A stretch of 64,000 nt of DNA from Isurus oxyrinchus (taxonomy: Eukaryota), in NCBI GenBank assembly GCA_026770705.1, contig JANJGN010000026.1, positions 38,502,001 through 38,566,000 on the forward strand. The letters run 5' to 3'. The notes below the pieces were generated by a model that was not told the DNA's origin, did not search any database, and saw only the letters and a program-made list of their open reading frames with translations. Positions 25,355 through 37,452 of the stretch are shown here, one piece after another. Each line of letters begins with the position of its first letter. Position 1 is the first letter of the stretch. Made by a program: the position numbers and the translations under genes.

Positions 25355-26272
25355 CTAAGACCTGTGACTTTCCGACTTTACTAACTTCACAATTAGATTC
25401 CTAAGATATTTTGCTGCATTCTTCAGCTCCTCTCTGAATTTTCTCTGGGTCATTAAATAGACACACGTGTTGGTGCAGCAGCTTAGGAGCTGAAGCATGT
25501 TTCCGCTTTCTTGGTGAATGAATTTGGGGTCATTGAAATTGGAACGTGCGAAATACGGTTCGTTTGTAATCTTCACATATAGGAAATTTACAACGTACGT
25601 CATCCACAACAGGATGAAGTTTCCCGAGATGGTAAAGAGTAAAATGATTGACTTTCTCCGGTTCTCCATCACTGGATCACTCAGCTTCTTTCTGCTGCTG
25701 TGAGCCCATAGTCTCCTGCGAGCTCCACTGGCCACGAGGATGTGCCCGATGGTCAGAGCATTGAACAACATATTCAGGAGGAATAGCAGACCCGCATTTA
25801 AAATATGTGCAAACCAATCATAGCCTGTCCATGCGAGTGAAACTTGATTTTATATTACAAAACAACGGCACATTGTTCATCATATAGAGTGGTTCATACA
25901 TAAAGTACCAAGCTACACTTTTTAAACAGCTTAACAGACAGACTGTCCCTCTAACCACAGTCACCACTCTCTCAGTGCAATAATTTGTTTTCAGCTTTTG
26001 GAAGTAAATGGCTATGTATCGATCAAAGGTGAAAGCGATGGTTAACTAGACAGAACTCTTCGTGGCTGCGTAGATTAGGACCTTACTGAGAGTATAGGCT
26101 GGAGTCATGGACATAAAACTAACGGGAAAATAAATGCCAATGATCTGATTGAATATCACAGCGCTGACAACGACTAGGAGATCCGTCACTGCCATGGACA
26201 CCAGCTACTGAGTGATGCCTTTGGAGAGACCACACCTTCCTCAGGATAGGACCAGAATCGCCACCATGTTAA
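25355..26272 (-). pseudogene. Exon 2 of GPR139/GPR142-like GPCR pseudogene (copy B)
   Basis: ctctcag acceptor, then VNMVAILVLS*GRCGLSKGITQ*LVSMAVTDLL...SV*LTIAFTFDRYIAI...NMLQLLSCCTNTCVY...KFREELK. At least three in-frame stops; clearly homologous to the intact gene at 41708-42627. Confidence 0.92.
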
Positions 26273-26959
26273 CTGAGAGAAGAAACAAAATTAACATTGT
26301 AAAGTTCAAGCAGGGATGTGAACTTCACAGGCTTTTGATACATTGTCCTCTTTTTTCGAAGACAACCAAATCAATGAATAGTAGCTTTTCAATGTCACCT
26401 CTGTTTCAACATAAACAACACGGATAGGCTGCATTTATTTAGCTCCTTTAATGTAAGAAAGTGGCCCAAACGAGTCACAGGAGAGTGATACCCCAAAATC
26501 TGACATCCAACCACATAAGGAGATACGATGTCAAATAGTGAAAAAGAATGAGAATGAGATAGGTTGACGGGGCAGAGAGGCGGTATGTTTTAGGGAGTGA
26601 ATTTCAGAGAGCATAGGACATAGCAGCTGAAGGCCTCAAGGTTACTTGTAATATTTGGCACTCAACTTTTCGATATTGCATCATTTAAAGGGCATTTCCT
26701 CTAAATACAGTAGACATATTAATCATCTTTCTGCTGTTGAAAGGTACACTGTGACATCATTTAAGTTGGCTCATTAGGATTCCACGGAAGGATGTTTAGG
26801 AAGCAGGATGTGTCAGGTGAATGCAATTGCAGAAATACTAAATGGTTTGTGTCTGATATGCTGCTAGTTTGGAGAGGACATGTCTACGTTTCCACATTTC
26901 CCATTCTGTTGAGGTGTGATGTTTATTGCCTCACACTGAAATGATAAATAACTTAGTCT

Positions 26960-27370
26960 TATATTGTCAGGGATTTAGAAGAATAAGAGGTAATCTCATG
27001 GAAGCAAACACTATTCTCAAGGAGTTTGATGTGATAGTTATGGGGAGGTTTTTCCTGCTGGCTGCAAAAACTAAACCACCAGGGAACACCCTCGGGATAA
27101 GAAAGCGATCATTTAGGACGGAGATCAGCAGAAATTTCTTCATCCAAAGGCTTGTGCATTTTTGGAATGCTACACTCAGATGTCTGTGGATATTTCATTG
27201 TTGAGAATGTTTCAGCTTTGGATAGACAGATTTTTGGCGTCTCAGGGAATCAAATGATATGTGGACCAGACGGAAAGTGGATTGAAGCCCAGGATCAGCC
27301 ATGATTGCATTTAACGGAGGAGCTGGCTCGACGTGCCAGATGGTCTTCTGCTGCTTCTATCTCTGGTGTT
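26960..27370 (+). mobile_element. CR1-type LINE 3' fragment in the GPCR intron
   Basis: FRRIRGNLME...FRTEISRNFFIQRLV..WN motif plus CR1 tail. Confidence 0.75.
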
Positions 27371-28189
27371 CTTGTGCAATAACCTGTCTGATCTTCCCGA
27401 AAAAAGTTAATAACACCACAGCGAGAATGGAGCCATATGTAAATCTCCAGCTTCAAGAGCACATGGCCACATGTATATGGCATTACAATGATCCGAGCAG
27501 GTCATCTCACATCGCCCATCTAGACAATTAAATCAAATAACTTTCAGTAATTGTTTGGTGCTCAGTGCTGAGAAGTCCCCTGGATTGGATCAGAGACCTC
27601 AGATCCTGGTGACTACGCTACCTCTAAGTGTGGATGCATGACATACTTTAACGTTCTAAAGACATTAATTAAATCAACAAATTGGTTTATTGCTGGTGTT
27701 CAAGCTGATATAATTTGCGTTAAACTAATAAAAATGGGGCGATTTTCATGTATACCACTTGTCTTTAGAGGGCTTCAAAATGGGAACGATAATTTTCAGG
27801 CCCTGTGACACCAATGAAGATGCGGGGCTACAATTCAAGGCCCAGAGCAATCATTACTTAAGATAATTAAAAGCCGTTAGACTGCGCACCAGATGGAACC
27901 AGCTTTATGTCCAGAGTTCTTCCCCCACTCTTCACCCCCAAAAGGCAATTCAATGCCTCTAGGAAGTCAAACTAAATATTGGCATTGAAGTTGTTCTTTG
28001 GGTCAATGCACATTGAATGAAGTAAAAATCCAGCAAGGTTTGAAGTTTGCTGGGAATCTCGCTAACTCTGGGCTACAGGAAAGAATAATTTTATCCCTGA
28101 CATTTGCCTTCACTCGGTGAATTCTGGCGTTTGACTGACTGAATTATGGAGTGTGCCAATTGGTTGCCTGTAACTGCAATGAATATAGG

Positions 28190-28420
28190 GTTACTATGGT
28201 GGCTATTCAACAAAACTATTAATTCAGAAACCTTGGGCGAATGTTTCGGGGCATACAAATATACAAATCAGGAGCAAGAAGCAGGCCATTCGGCCCTTCT
28301 CGCCTGCTTGACCATTCAATAAGGTCATGGCTGATCTGATTATTTCCTCAACTCCACATTCCCCCCTGCCCCCGATTTCCTTTCAATCCCATGGGCCAGA
28401 AACCGCTTTTGGGCTGGAGA
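28190..28420 (+). repeat. ~230-bp direct repeat of 29750-29970 containing a CR1-tail fragment
   Basis: ttactat(g/a)gtggct...aactattaattcag...catggg(c/g)cag(a/g)aaccg(c/t)ttttgggctgga is present at both sites. Confidence 0.7.
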
Positions 28421-29993
28421 TCCCCAGGGCATCAAACGAATATCCCAATGCAGTTTCCCGATTTTACACCTCACCAACATTGGGAACGTTTGGTTCTACG
28501 TGAATTTCCCATTCATCACGTTTCACCTCGCACTGAATGGAATGCAAATTTTGCAGCTTATTGGCACATATATAAACACTGCCTATCACTAAAACCTTAT
28601 CGTGATCATTTAGAGCTGCACATAATGACAGACACATTGAATCTGCCCATTGTTCATTTAACCGCAGGTAGCTGCTCATGTGTTCAGCTGTATGTTTGTT
28701 CCAGTGGTGCACGGCTCAGCACAATGCCTGACTCTCAAATTAACAGCGGATTAAATTTATCTTCCAGTTCCCGGAACTCTGGTGAGCACTCCAGTCCCTC
28801 CTATGCCCAGGTCCTTTTTATTTATTAATTCAAAGGGTTTAGGCGACATTGAAGCACCAGCATTTGTCCATCACTAATTGACTTTCAGAGGGTGGTGGCG
28901 AGCCGCCACTTACCGATTGAGTGGTTTTCTGGGTCTTTTAAGAAGGCGGTTAATGTTCAACCACATTCCCGTCGATCTGGGCTGGAGTAGATTTCCTTTC
29001 CTGAAGGACGTTCGTGAACTTGGTAGGGTTTATTGCGATGATCTGGTAGTTTACTGATCAGTATTCCTGATACAACAACTTTATTCCAAATGTATTTATT
29101 ATCTCCATTTAAAGTAAGTAGTAGAATTGGAACTCAGGTCTCCGGGTCATTGTTTCAGGCCTCTGGATTATTAATCCAGTGACGCAACCATGAGCTTGCG
29201 TTCACAGAATATAACCTGAATACAACCCATGAGAGATCTATATTAAATTGTAAATTCCTTTGCTCGGCCTCAACAATATTACTTCAAAACGTCTGATCTC
29301 GGTTATCTATCGGGAATTTTGTTATGTATGAAACAAAACAACAGCATTTCCTTCCTCCCTCAACCAGCTTTCGCCAGAGAAAATGTTTCAGAACACAGAA
29401 TAGTAAAACCACCCATTAGAACAAAGTTGCTGCACCTCAGTAGGAGTCGTTCCAGCAAGTAAATACTCGTCTGGTTTCCTCATGAAAGTGACAAAGAACT
29501 GAAAGATAATCACTTATGTTAAATTACTCGGTAAAAATAATGATTGAGTTTGTAATTAGAAACATTTGACGACAGTGATTCTTCTGATCCGATCTCCTTA
29601 TTCATTTTCAGGCTGAATTTAGCTCATAACTTCAGGGCTTTCGTTATAACAGAAAACCCACACTGAGACAAATTAAATGGCAATTTTAACGCAGAATGGG
29701 AAATAATAATTGATGGGCGTAATGTAAAGGAGCCCAAACTCAAAGGGAAGATTACTATAGTGGCTGTGCCACTGAACTATTAATTCAGTAGCCTTGGGTG
29801 AATGTTTCAAGGACATCGAAACATACGAATCAGGAGCAGAGGCAGGTCATGCGGCCCCTCTAGCCTGCTTTGCCATTGAATAAGATCATGGCTGATCTGA
29901 TTATGGCCTCAATTCCACATTCCCTATATCCTTTGACTCCCATGGGGCAGGAACCGTTTTTGGGCTGGATCGAATGAGCTGCCTGTTACACAC

Positions 29994-31826
29994 TCACTCC
30001 GATTTCTACTGCCCTGATGTCAATGGGACAGAGAACTGGATCGAGTGTAAAGCTGGCAGCAAGATTGCTAAAAAGTTCAAGACCAATTTCACCCTTCAAT
30101 CATTTCAAGCAGGTGAAGCTTATCTTCAAGCGGAAATGTAAAATGGCTGATAATGAACCTGCCGCTCATTCCACATTCCTCCAGAATTGTAATTCACCTG
30201 AAAACAACGGATCCATAATTCAAGGCAGATATTACACTGGCAGCGCCATTTTTAGACTATCACAAATTCAAATCTACCCAAAGTTGGCATCGTTGGAAAT
30301 GTATTCTCAAGCTTTTCACTTGTATAAAAGAATAGCCGTGAACTATAAGTTTTGAAAAGGTTACCAGAATATTACCTTTTAGAAATCAATCAAGCAGCCT
30401 ACAAAGCCTCGGCATAGGATGGTGTAAAGGCATAGATGCAAAGTTTTGGGTGTTTCAGAGACTTCATTATTAATGCTTGAGTTTGAAACAAAGAAATATT
30501 AAAGCGATGGAAAGTTAGTGTACCCCTGAGAAAATGAGTTTAAAGAAATAACTGGAGATGACTAAGTCACATTGTTAATTGGCAATGACAGAACCAGCTT
30601 CATAAAACAGTGATTTGTCCAATCAATGATTTGCCCAAAGACTTACCCGGAATTCCAATAGCAGCAAGAATTGGATAGAAAATGGCATAAACTACACCAG
30701 ATATTCGGCTGTGCATTTTCTTTGAGACGAGATGGTCTCTGCCCGTGATAGTTGATCACAGAGATTCTCTGTGATAAGCTCAAACAGATCCTCGCTTATA
30801 CTGTTGGAATTCTCCAGGGAAACAATTAGCTTCCATAATTATTTACGTTACCTGAACAAATAGATTCAGTATTTATTTTCCATGTTCTTTTTTGGACGTG
30901 GTAGAATGTTGCGAGACACTAGGGAGATGATTATCGAGTCTTGGTGTCACATGCAGCCCAGTGTAGTTTTCAATGTAACTTGTTAATACTCGGGCAGGTC
31001 TAAAGTAGGCTTAGTCATATGGAACGTTCATTTATGGGAGACATTGAAAGAAACATTGTTAGGCATTAGGCCGAAGACAGCATAGCTCAGTGACATGAGA
31101 CCAGCTAAGAATCAGAATGACAGTCAGAGTCAAATACTGCTGAATGTATTGAAATAATAGCAGTTAGACTCACGCACAACATATAGGATCCCCACACTAC
31201 GCACGTTATACCCACAGAATGCAAGTTATGCCAGCATTCGCCAACGAATATCCACACAACTCAAAGCGTAATCTCACAACAACAACAACGTGCATTCACA
31301 CACATTTAACATGTATTATAACATTTTAAAACATTTTAAATGTTACAAAGCACCTCCCACGGGGACAACAAAACAAAAGTGGGATTAAGTCATGTAAGGA
31401 AATATTCGGATATTTTTGTACCAGTCTTAGGCCCCTTGATTATGATGCTATGCTCTTTCTCTGTGAATGTTTTAATGGATCCTCATTATTAGCCACTTCT
31501 TCCTTGGTTATTACACAGGGCTCTGTCTCTGTCAGCATTCACCAGGCCTTATTTTTAATTGTTTTCCCAAGTCCATTTGCTTTGCTTTATGAGGATACAG
31601 GGATTAAAAAAAGATCCAGATTGTGTTTATTACAACAACATTGCATTGAATTGGTGGCATGTACTCCTCTATTTTACGTGTTGACTGTACGAAATTGTTT
31701 TTAGTTTTTCAAAACAAATAATTGATATTTAGCCACCTTACTGAATCAATGCATTAAAAAATGTAACTTTCTTCCGATCCATATTTCAACCACTATTCAT
31801 TCCTCCTAAATACTAAAATTTAGCGA
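29994..31826 (+). repeat. Segmental duplication, direct copy of 1-1842
   Basis: See 1-1842. Confidence 0.9.
30647..30716 (-). pseudogene. Exon 1 of GPCR pseudogene copy B
   Basis: MHSRISGVVYAIFYPILAAIGIP+G|GTAAGT, 70 nt, splicing in phase to 26272. Confidence 0.88.
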
Positions 31827-32029
31827 AATATGCAGGGCGCCTTTATCAACTGCAGTTGGGCCCCTCTTTCAAGATCCGGGTCAAGAGTTACGCGATTTTC
31901 CAGCTGGGTGACCCCCTGACCCCGAATCAATGGGAGAAAGAGCCAATCACCGTGCTGCTTTCGTGCTGACAAGACTTTGCCTTGAGCCATTTGAAACCGG
32001 CGGCCATGTTTGTGTGACGCAGAGTCGGC

Positions 32030-32063
<34 letters not shown>

Positions 32064-33044
32064 ACAAGCAGGCTGTGCATACCTGACTTGTTTCTGGATT
32101 ACAAAACTCGATTTATACGAACGATGACTTCAAACTAAACATTCGGTCTGAATGGAGAAAACCGATGGATTTGCACAGCCGCGAATGTGCGGACAATTCT
32201 CGCAGAGTGCCGGTCGCACTCCCTGTGTGGCAGAGAGGGGGCGTTCCCAGTCACATTGAGTTGCTGGAGCTGCAGCATTACACGGCCCAATCACCAAGGA
32301 AATGAACCGAAACCCAATCTCCTGTTCTTCCTCCCTACCCTTCCACAAATGGAAACAGTTTATTTTGATCTACTCGGCCCAGACCGACATAATTTTGAAC
32401 ACCTCTATCAGATCTAAACTAAGCCTTCCATTCTCCATGGAGAACAAGCATAGTTTTCCCGATCAATTCAATTAATTGAACTTCTGCATCCCTGGGACGA
32501 TTCTGGTAAACTTCTCTGCGCCCTTTCTAAACCATTCACACCCTTCCTGAAGTGCGATGCCCGGAAGTGGACACGATGCTCCAGCTGAGGTGAAACCAGT
32601 GCTTTCCAGAGGATCAGTAACATTTCCTTTCTTTTGGACTCTATGCCGCTGTTACGAAGCCGATGGTCTCGGAGGTTTTAGCATCACTTTCTCAGGCTGC
32701 CCGGCAATTCACCCATTTATGCCCCATTTCTGCACATCGCCTTTGTGAAGAATGGATAATTGAACTAATTATTTTAGCAGGAATATTGTAGGCGGTTCCA
32801 AGTATAAACAAAATTAAAGGCTCCGAGGAGCCAGAAGGAATGTGCGAACTTGATGGGTTTGACGGCTTTATTCTGTGCGACAAAATTATAAGATCAATTG
32901 CCAATACATTCGTGGAGATTAGATAATTCCCTCCACCCACCCCCCCCCCCCCCCCCCCCCACCACCGCCAGCTCCCTCCCGCCCCCCGCAAACCCCTTAA
33001 TCCCGGAAATTGTCAAGAATTTGAACTAGCTCCGTGCTCTGTAT

Positions 33045-33360
33045 CACTGTGTGTCTGTAATCCCTCCATGTTCAGGTTTTTGTTCAGCTCCTTCCTTGCT
33101 CAGTATCACTGTGTCTGTAATCCCTTCATGTTCAGGTTTTTGTTCAGCTCTCCGCGTGCTCTGTATCACTGTGTGTTTGTAATCCCACCATATTCAGGTT
33201 TTTGTACAGCTCTCTCCGTGCTCTGTATCACTGTGTGTCTGCAATCCCACCATGTTCAGGTTTTTTGTACAGCGCTTTCCGTGCTCTGTATCACTGTGCG
33301 TCTGTAATCCCACGATGTTCATGTTTATGTGCAGCTCTCTCCGTGCTCTGTATCACTGTG
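33045..33360 (-). repeat. Tandem array of recombination signal sequences (6 heptamers, 5 complete 23-RSS, 60-63 bp period)
   Basis: On +, CACTGTG at 33045, 33107, 33167, 33229, 33292 and 33354. Nonamers: GGTTTTTGT at 33075, 33135 and 33197, GTTTTTTGT at 33260, TGTTTATGT at 33322. Each spacer is exactly 23 nt. Confidence 0.95.
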
Positions 33361-33665
33361 CTGTGCGCCGACTCAGTGCACAGTAATACACTGCGGAGTC
33401 GTTCAGTTGTAGTTTGAAGATCTTTAACCGCTCGACTTTCTCGGCAGGGTCGATAGAAGCAGAAATTCTCCCCCCAGCAACTTGTTTTTATTCTCCTCTC
33501 CTGAAATGTGTCTCTGAAGCAGATATTCCGGAGCCTGTCCGGGGGGCTGACGGTACCAGTGTACTGTGTACTGCCAGAACCCTGAATATTCACAGCTTAA
33601 AGTAAATGTGTCACCGGCAGCAGAGATTTGTACAGGCGAATTCCGGGAAACTATGGAACTGGAAT
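33361..33665 (-). pseudogene. Supporting TCR V-delta of cassette 2 (leaderless)
   Basis: SSSIVSRNSPVQISAAGDTFTLSCEYSGFWQYTVHWYRQPPGQAPEYLLQRHISGEENK/RISASIDPAEKVERLKIFKLQLNDSAVYYCALSRRT. The acceptor AG is changed to CG and there is a frameshift near 33480. Confidence 0.9.
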
Positions 33666-34749
33666 CGGGAGGATTAAAAAAAATGAAAATTATCATTTTG
33701 TTTAACCACTGTTTGTCCAGTTGAATTCAATCGCGTAAATAGCTCTGCTTTTTGCAGTAATTTTATTTGCTGGAAGCTTGTTTGAACCGTGTTCACTGTT
33801 ATTGATCTATGATCAAATGGGAAATGAGGTGATAATTTATTTTACATGGCGAACACTTCCGATCAGGACTTCACTATATGAATTGGTGTTGGGAACAGAT
33901 TCCATCGTAACTTTCAAACGGGAATTTCTCTCTGCCTTTTGCTCTATTTCTCTATGTTCTATCAACAGGGTCCTATTTTCTCCAGTTCAGCTTAATTTCA
34001 AATGTGTACAATTAATTTCATTTTATTTCTTTAATTTCACATTCCCTGTAGTTCACATTTTTTTCTGCTGTTTGCGCTTTTTGCAATTGTGGGAACTTAT
34101 CCCAAAGTCTCTCAGTTGTTGGTTAGGCTCAGTCTGTTCAGTTTCTGTTTTTGGTTTTGGTGTTACTCACTGTGAACTGCCTCTTTCGGCTCTTTGACAA
34201 TTTCAATTCCTTCCGCCCATTGGTTGATTCTCTCCCGGGTTCACTGGGTGGAGCTTTCTCTTCGTTTTCCATTATGTAGGAAGAAGAATGCGGAAGAGAA
34301 ATGGGCCATCCGACCTGCGGACATACTCAATTCCAACCTGACCCAACCGGAATAACTGACCATTTCCATCCAGCTCCCTGTGTCGTCTGTTCCGTTCTCC
34401 CACCTGTATTTTCAATTGTTCCAAAAATATATCAATACTATCTCCAACCTCTCCCTGTGGCAGCAAGTTCCACATTCTGACAGCCTTTGTTTAAATTCAT
34501 TTGTCTTAAATGTTTTATTTGTTCTGTTAATAACTGTCATATGTTGACAGCTATTGCTTTGGACTCCGCCACAAATGAACAATTTTCCACACTGAAACCG
34601 TTCATTCTTGAAAATATTTCTATAGATTCTCCTCGTGGTTCTGTTTTCCAGAAAAAAGAGACCCAACCTGTTCATTCTTCCCAGAGAGATGTGGATTGTT
34701 GCTGATTTCTTTCCTCAGGAGTGTAAGACATAAAAGCAGAGAATTCAAT

Positions 34750-35290
34750 CGATAGAAGCAGGAGCTGCCGCATCGCCTTTCAAAGCTGCTCAGCCATTCA
34801 GTAAAATCCTGGCTGATTTACAACCTCAACGACACATTCCCGCGTTCTCGCCATATCGCTGATCCTTTTAGTGCCCGAAAGCCAATCGAATATTGTCTTG
34901 CACAGACACAGATACCGAATACCCACAAAATGAATGCCACAGATTCACAACAATGGTTCTACTGAAGATATTTTTCTTCCTCAGTTCTAATGGATGACTC
35001 TTTATTTTGAAGCTGTGACCCCGAGTTCTATACTCCTCAGTCTGGGGAGACACCGACCCAGAATCTGCCCTGTCAAAGCTCTTTAGAATATTACATGTTT
35101 TCATGAGATCACCTCTCATTCTTCTAAACCCGAGGAAATATAGACCGAGACGACTCAATCTCGTCCTATTGGACAATCCCTTCATCTCAGGAATCAGTCT
35201 AATGAACCTTTATTGCACTCCTTCCAATGCAGATTGATCCCTCTTCTGCAAGGAAACCAAAGCTTTACACAGCATTCCGGACTGGAGTCC
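34750..35290 (-). mobile_element. CR1-type LINE 3' fragment (paralog of 6350-6920)
   Basis: ORF 34868-35185 reads MKGLS...RLSRLGLYFLGFRRMRGDLMKT. Confidence 0.8.
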
Positions 35291-36183
35291 ACTTCAGCCC
35301 TTCCCTCCATAAAACTCAATCGACACCCTGGGGTCGGATTGGACTTTGAAAGGCGCCCAGAAATCATCCAATCCTCTCACTTTCGATTAATTATTTCTTG
35401 CTGTTTCTAAATGAACATTCCCCCAGTTTATAATTGTTCCCTTTTGTTCTTGTTCTCCTTTATGAGATTAATGCATATCCTCCATCTCTCATTGTTTTAA
35501 TTCACAGTAATCAGAGATACAGATAAATTACAGCAATACCGTCTCTCAAATATCAGGACTCAAAATAGAGAAATGCTGCATTTCCAAACTTCCGCATTTA
35601 TGTCTGAGGACGGAAAAGGAGGAAAGTGATTGGTTATATGAAATAACTTGAAAGAAATGGCGGGGACAATGTCACTAATTTCAGTCACTGATTGTCCAAT
35701 AATAATATTCCATGTGGGCCCATATCAGGATCTCATTTATCGAAATCCGATGCATAATGTTCCTGCTTTTCTCCCGGGTCAGGTATTGAACTGGCCGCTG
35801 CAGGTTTCCGAACTGGCCGCAGTTATGTTGAGTTTATTCACCTGGTGCTTCATTCACATTGCGCGGCTCGGACTACAATATGCTGCCCAGGAGAGAGCTC
35901 TGTGACCCCGTTCCCGGGCTCTAAGGGACAGACAGAGCTCCCTCAGTCACCGTTAACACCGGTGGTGAAGTCCAAATTGGCGACAATCTACGCTCATTAA
36001 AAGCGATTCAGAGTGTGAGAGTCCGTGAAGTTGTTAGTGTCCCCGATGTGTCTGTTAAGCAAATAATGGACCAAAGTCCGTCAACTCCCACATCCCACCC
36101 AATCTCCACTGATATCAATAATAAACTGACGGGGAACATTACCCGGGACAGTCAGTAACCCAGCGGGGTTTGGAGTCACTTAC

Positions 36184-36274
36184 CGGCTGTGACAGTCACC
36201 ATCGTCCCGGGTCCATCCACATCTTTATAACTCACCACAGTAACACCGCTCTCAGTCTCCCCGGTACAACAGAC
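36184..36274 (-). other. NAR-TCR J segment (36184-36235, VSYKDVDGPGTMVTVTA) with 23-RSS
   Basis: GTCTGTTGT-23-TACTGTG, then the J and a GTAAGT donor. Confidence 0.9.
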
Positions 36275-36589
36275 ACGGACACTTCAACCTGCTGGGAACT
36301 CAGCATCCGACAGTAGAAACTTCCCAATTATTCAGCGGATTTAAATAACTAAACAATATTCAATGTTTCGAAGTATCTGTCGGTTCAAACTATTGTTTGT
36401 GAGGCCCTGAGCTCTGAGTAAATGATCCCAGGAACGAGATGTTCGCTTCATATAAACCGAGGAAAATATCAAAGAAAGAGAACTGAATGGTGGAAATTAC
36501 AATGAAATGTAGCCAGGTTCCAGCGATAAAAACTTCAACCCGGCAATTCACTATCTGGGCCCGGAGAATTTATATTGTGATCGTAGAGA

Positions 36590-36663
36590 GGTATTTGCTT
36601 CGGTCTCTCCCATTGTGAACTGCCCCATCCACCCACAGAGTGTTACAAGTCAATACAAAATCC
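36590..36663 (-). other. NAR-TCR D segment (36618-36635, TGGGTGGATGGGGCAGTT) flanked by two 12-RSS
   Basis: GGATTTTGT-12-CACTCTG | D | CACAATG-12-GCAAATACC. Confidence 0.88.
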
Positions 36664-36978
36664 CCCGGGCACTTGGTGAGATTTGGGGACGTTAGTTAAA
36701 CATCGGGGACTGCGGTTCCCAGTTCCAGCTGTTAGGCCAGGATCACATCTGGTGTTAAGGGTTTGTAACTGCGATCAGTCATTCCCAATCCCATTCATTG
36801 ACAGGAATCACGGGAAAGGCATCACCATTCGCACACATTCGGCATTTATAAAGCTCAAGATGTTAACGGCTATAATCCAATCTCGTTATAAAATAGACTG
36901 TGCGGCAGACGGTGTGAGGCGGAACTGTGGGGGTTTAACCCCGTTTTTTTATTTGTATCTGTGATAATCTGCAGTGCG

Positions 36979-37452
36979 AGTTTTTGTATCGCGGGAAGCC
37001 GAAGCCGGTCATTGTGTGTATCTGTACTCAGCTTTACTGTAATAGTTGGCGGTGTCTTCAACTCTCACATCCCGAATCTTACTTTATTCACCGACACAAC
37101 AAATCTAACCCCGCTGGAGAACCGCTCTCCCTATGCCCCGGTGTGGGTTTGTCTGAAGAAATGTCCCCTTTGCAATAATGCCGCGAATAGAAAACACAGG
37201 TGATGGTGAGAGACTGACACTCCTTCCTGGTCACCGCTGCCGGGGTTTGTGTCACTGATTGATTGAAGAAGCCTGGAAATTAAACAGAGAGAGTTTAATG
37301 GAACGAACCAGAGAACAGGGTTAAACGCCAGACAGTGTCTGTAATTAGGATGGACTCGGGCAGCTTTATATTAAATCCACACAATGTCGGTTTGTTTGAT
37401 CGGTACTCGCGGGGTAAAAGACACACAGGGTGAAAACAAGCAGGATTCCCAT
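36979..37452 (-). pseudogene. NAR-TCR V segment, cassette 2: leader 37411-37452, V exon 37017-37272, RSS 36979-37016
   Basis: Leader MGILLVFTLCV with a 1-nt deletion and GC donor. The V reads QSVTQTPAAVTRKECQSLTITCVF...GERFSSGVRFVVSVNK/IRDVRVEDTANYYSKAEYRY, with frameshifts and a stop. RSS CACAATG-22-ACAAAAACT. Confidence 0.9.

Noticed and set aside
33045-33360. CRISPR array interpretation of the ~62-bp repeat/spacer-like pattern
   Set aside because: The context is vertebrate, there are no cas genes, and the linkers are near-identical copies rather than unique spacers. The conserved part is an RSS.
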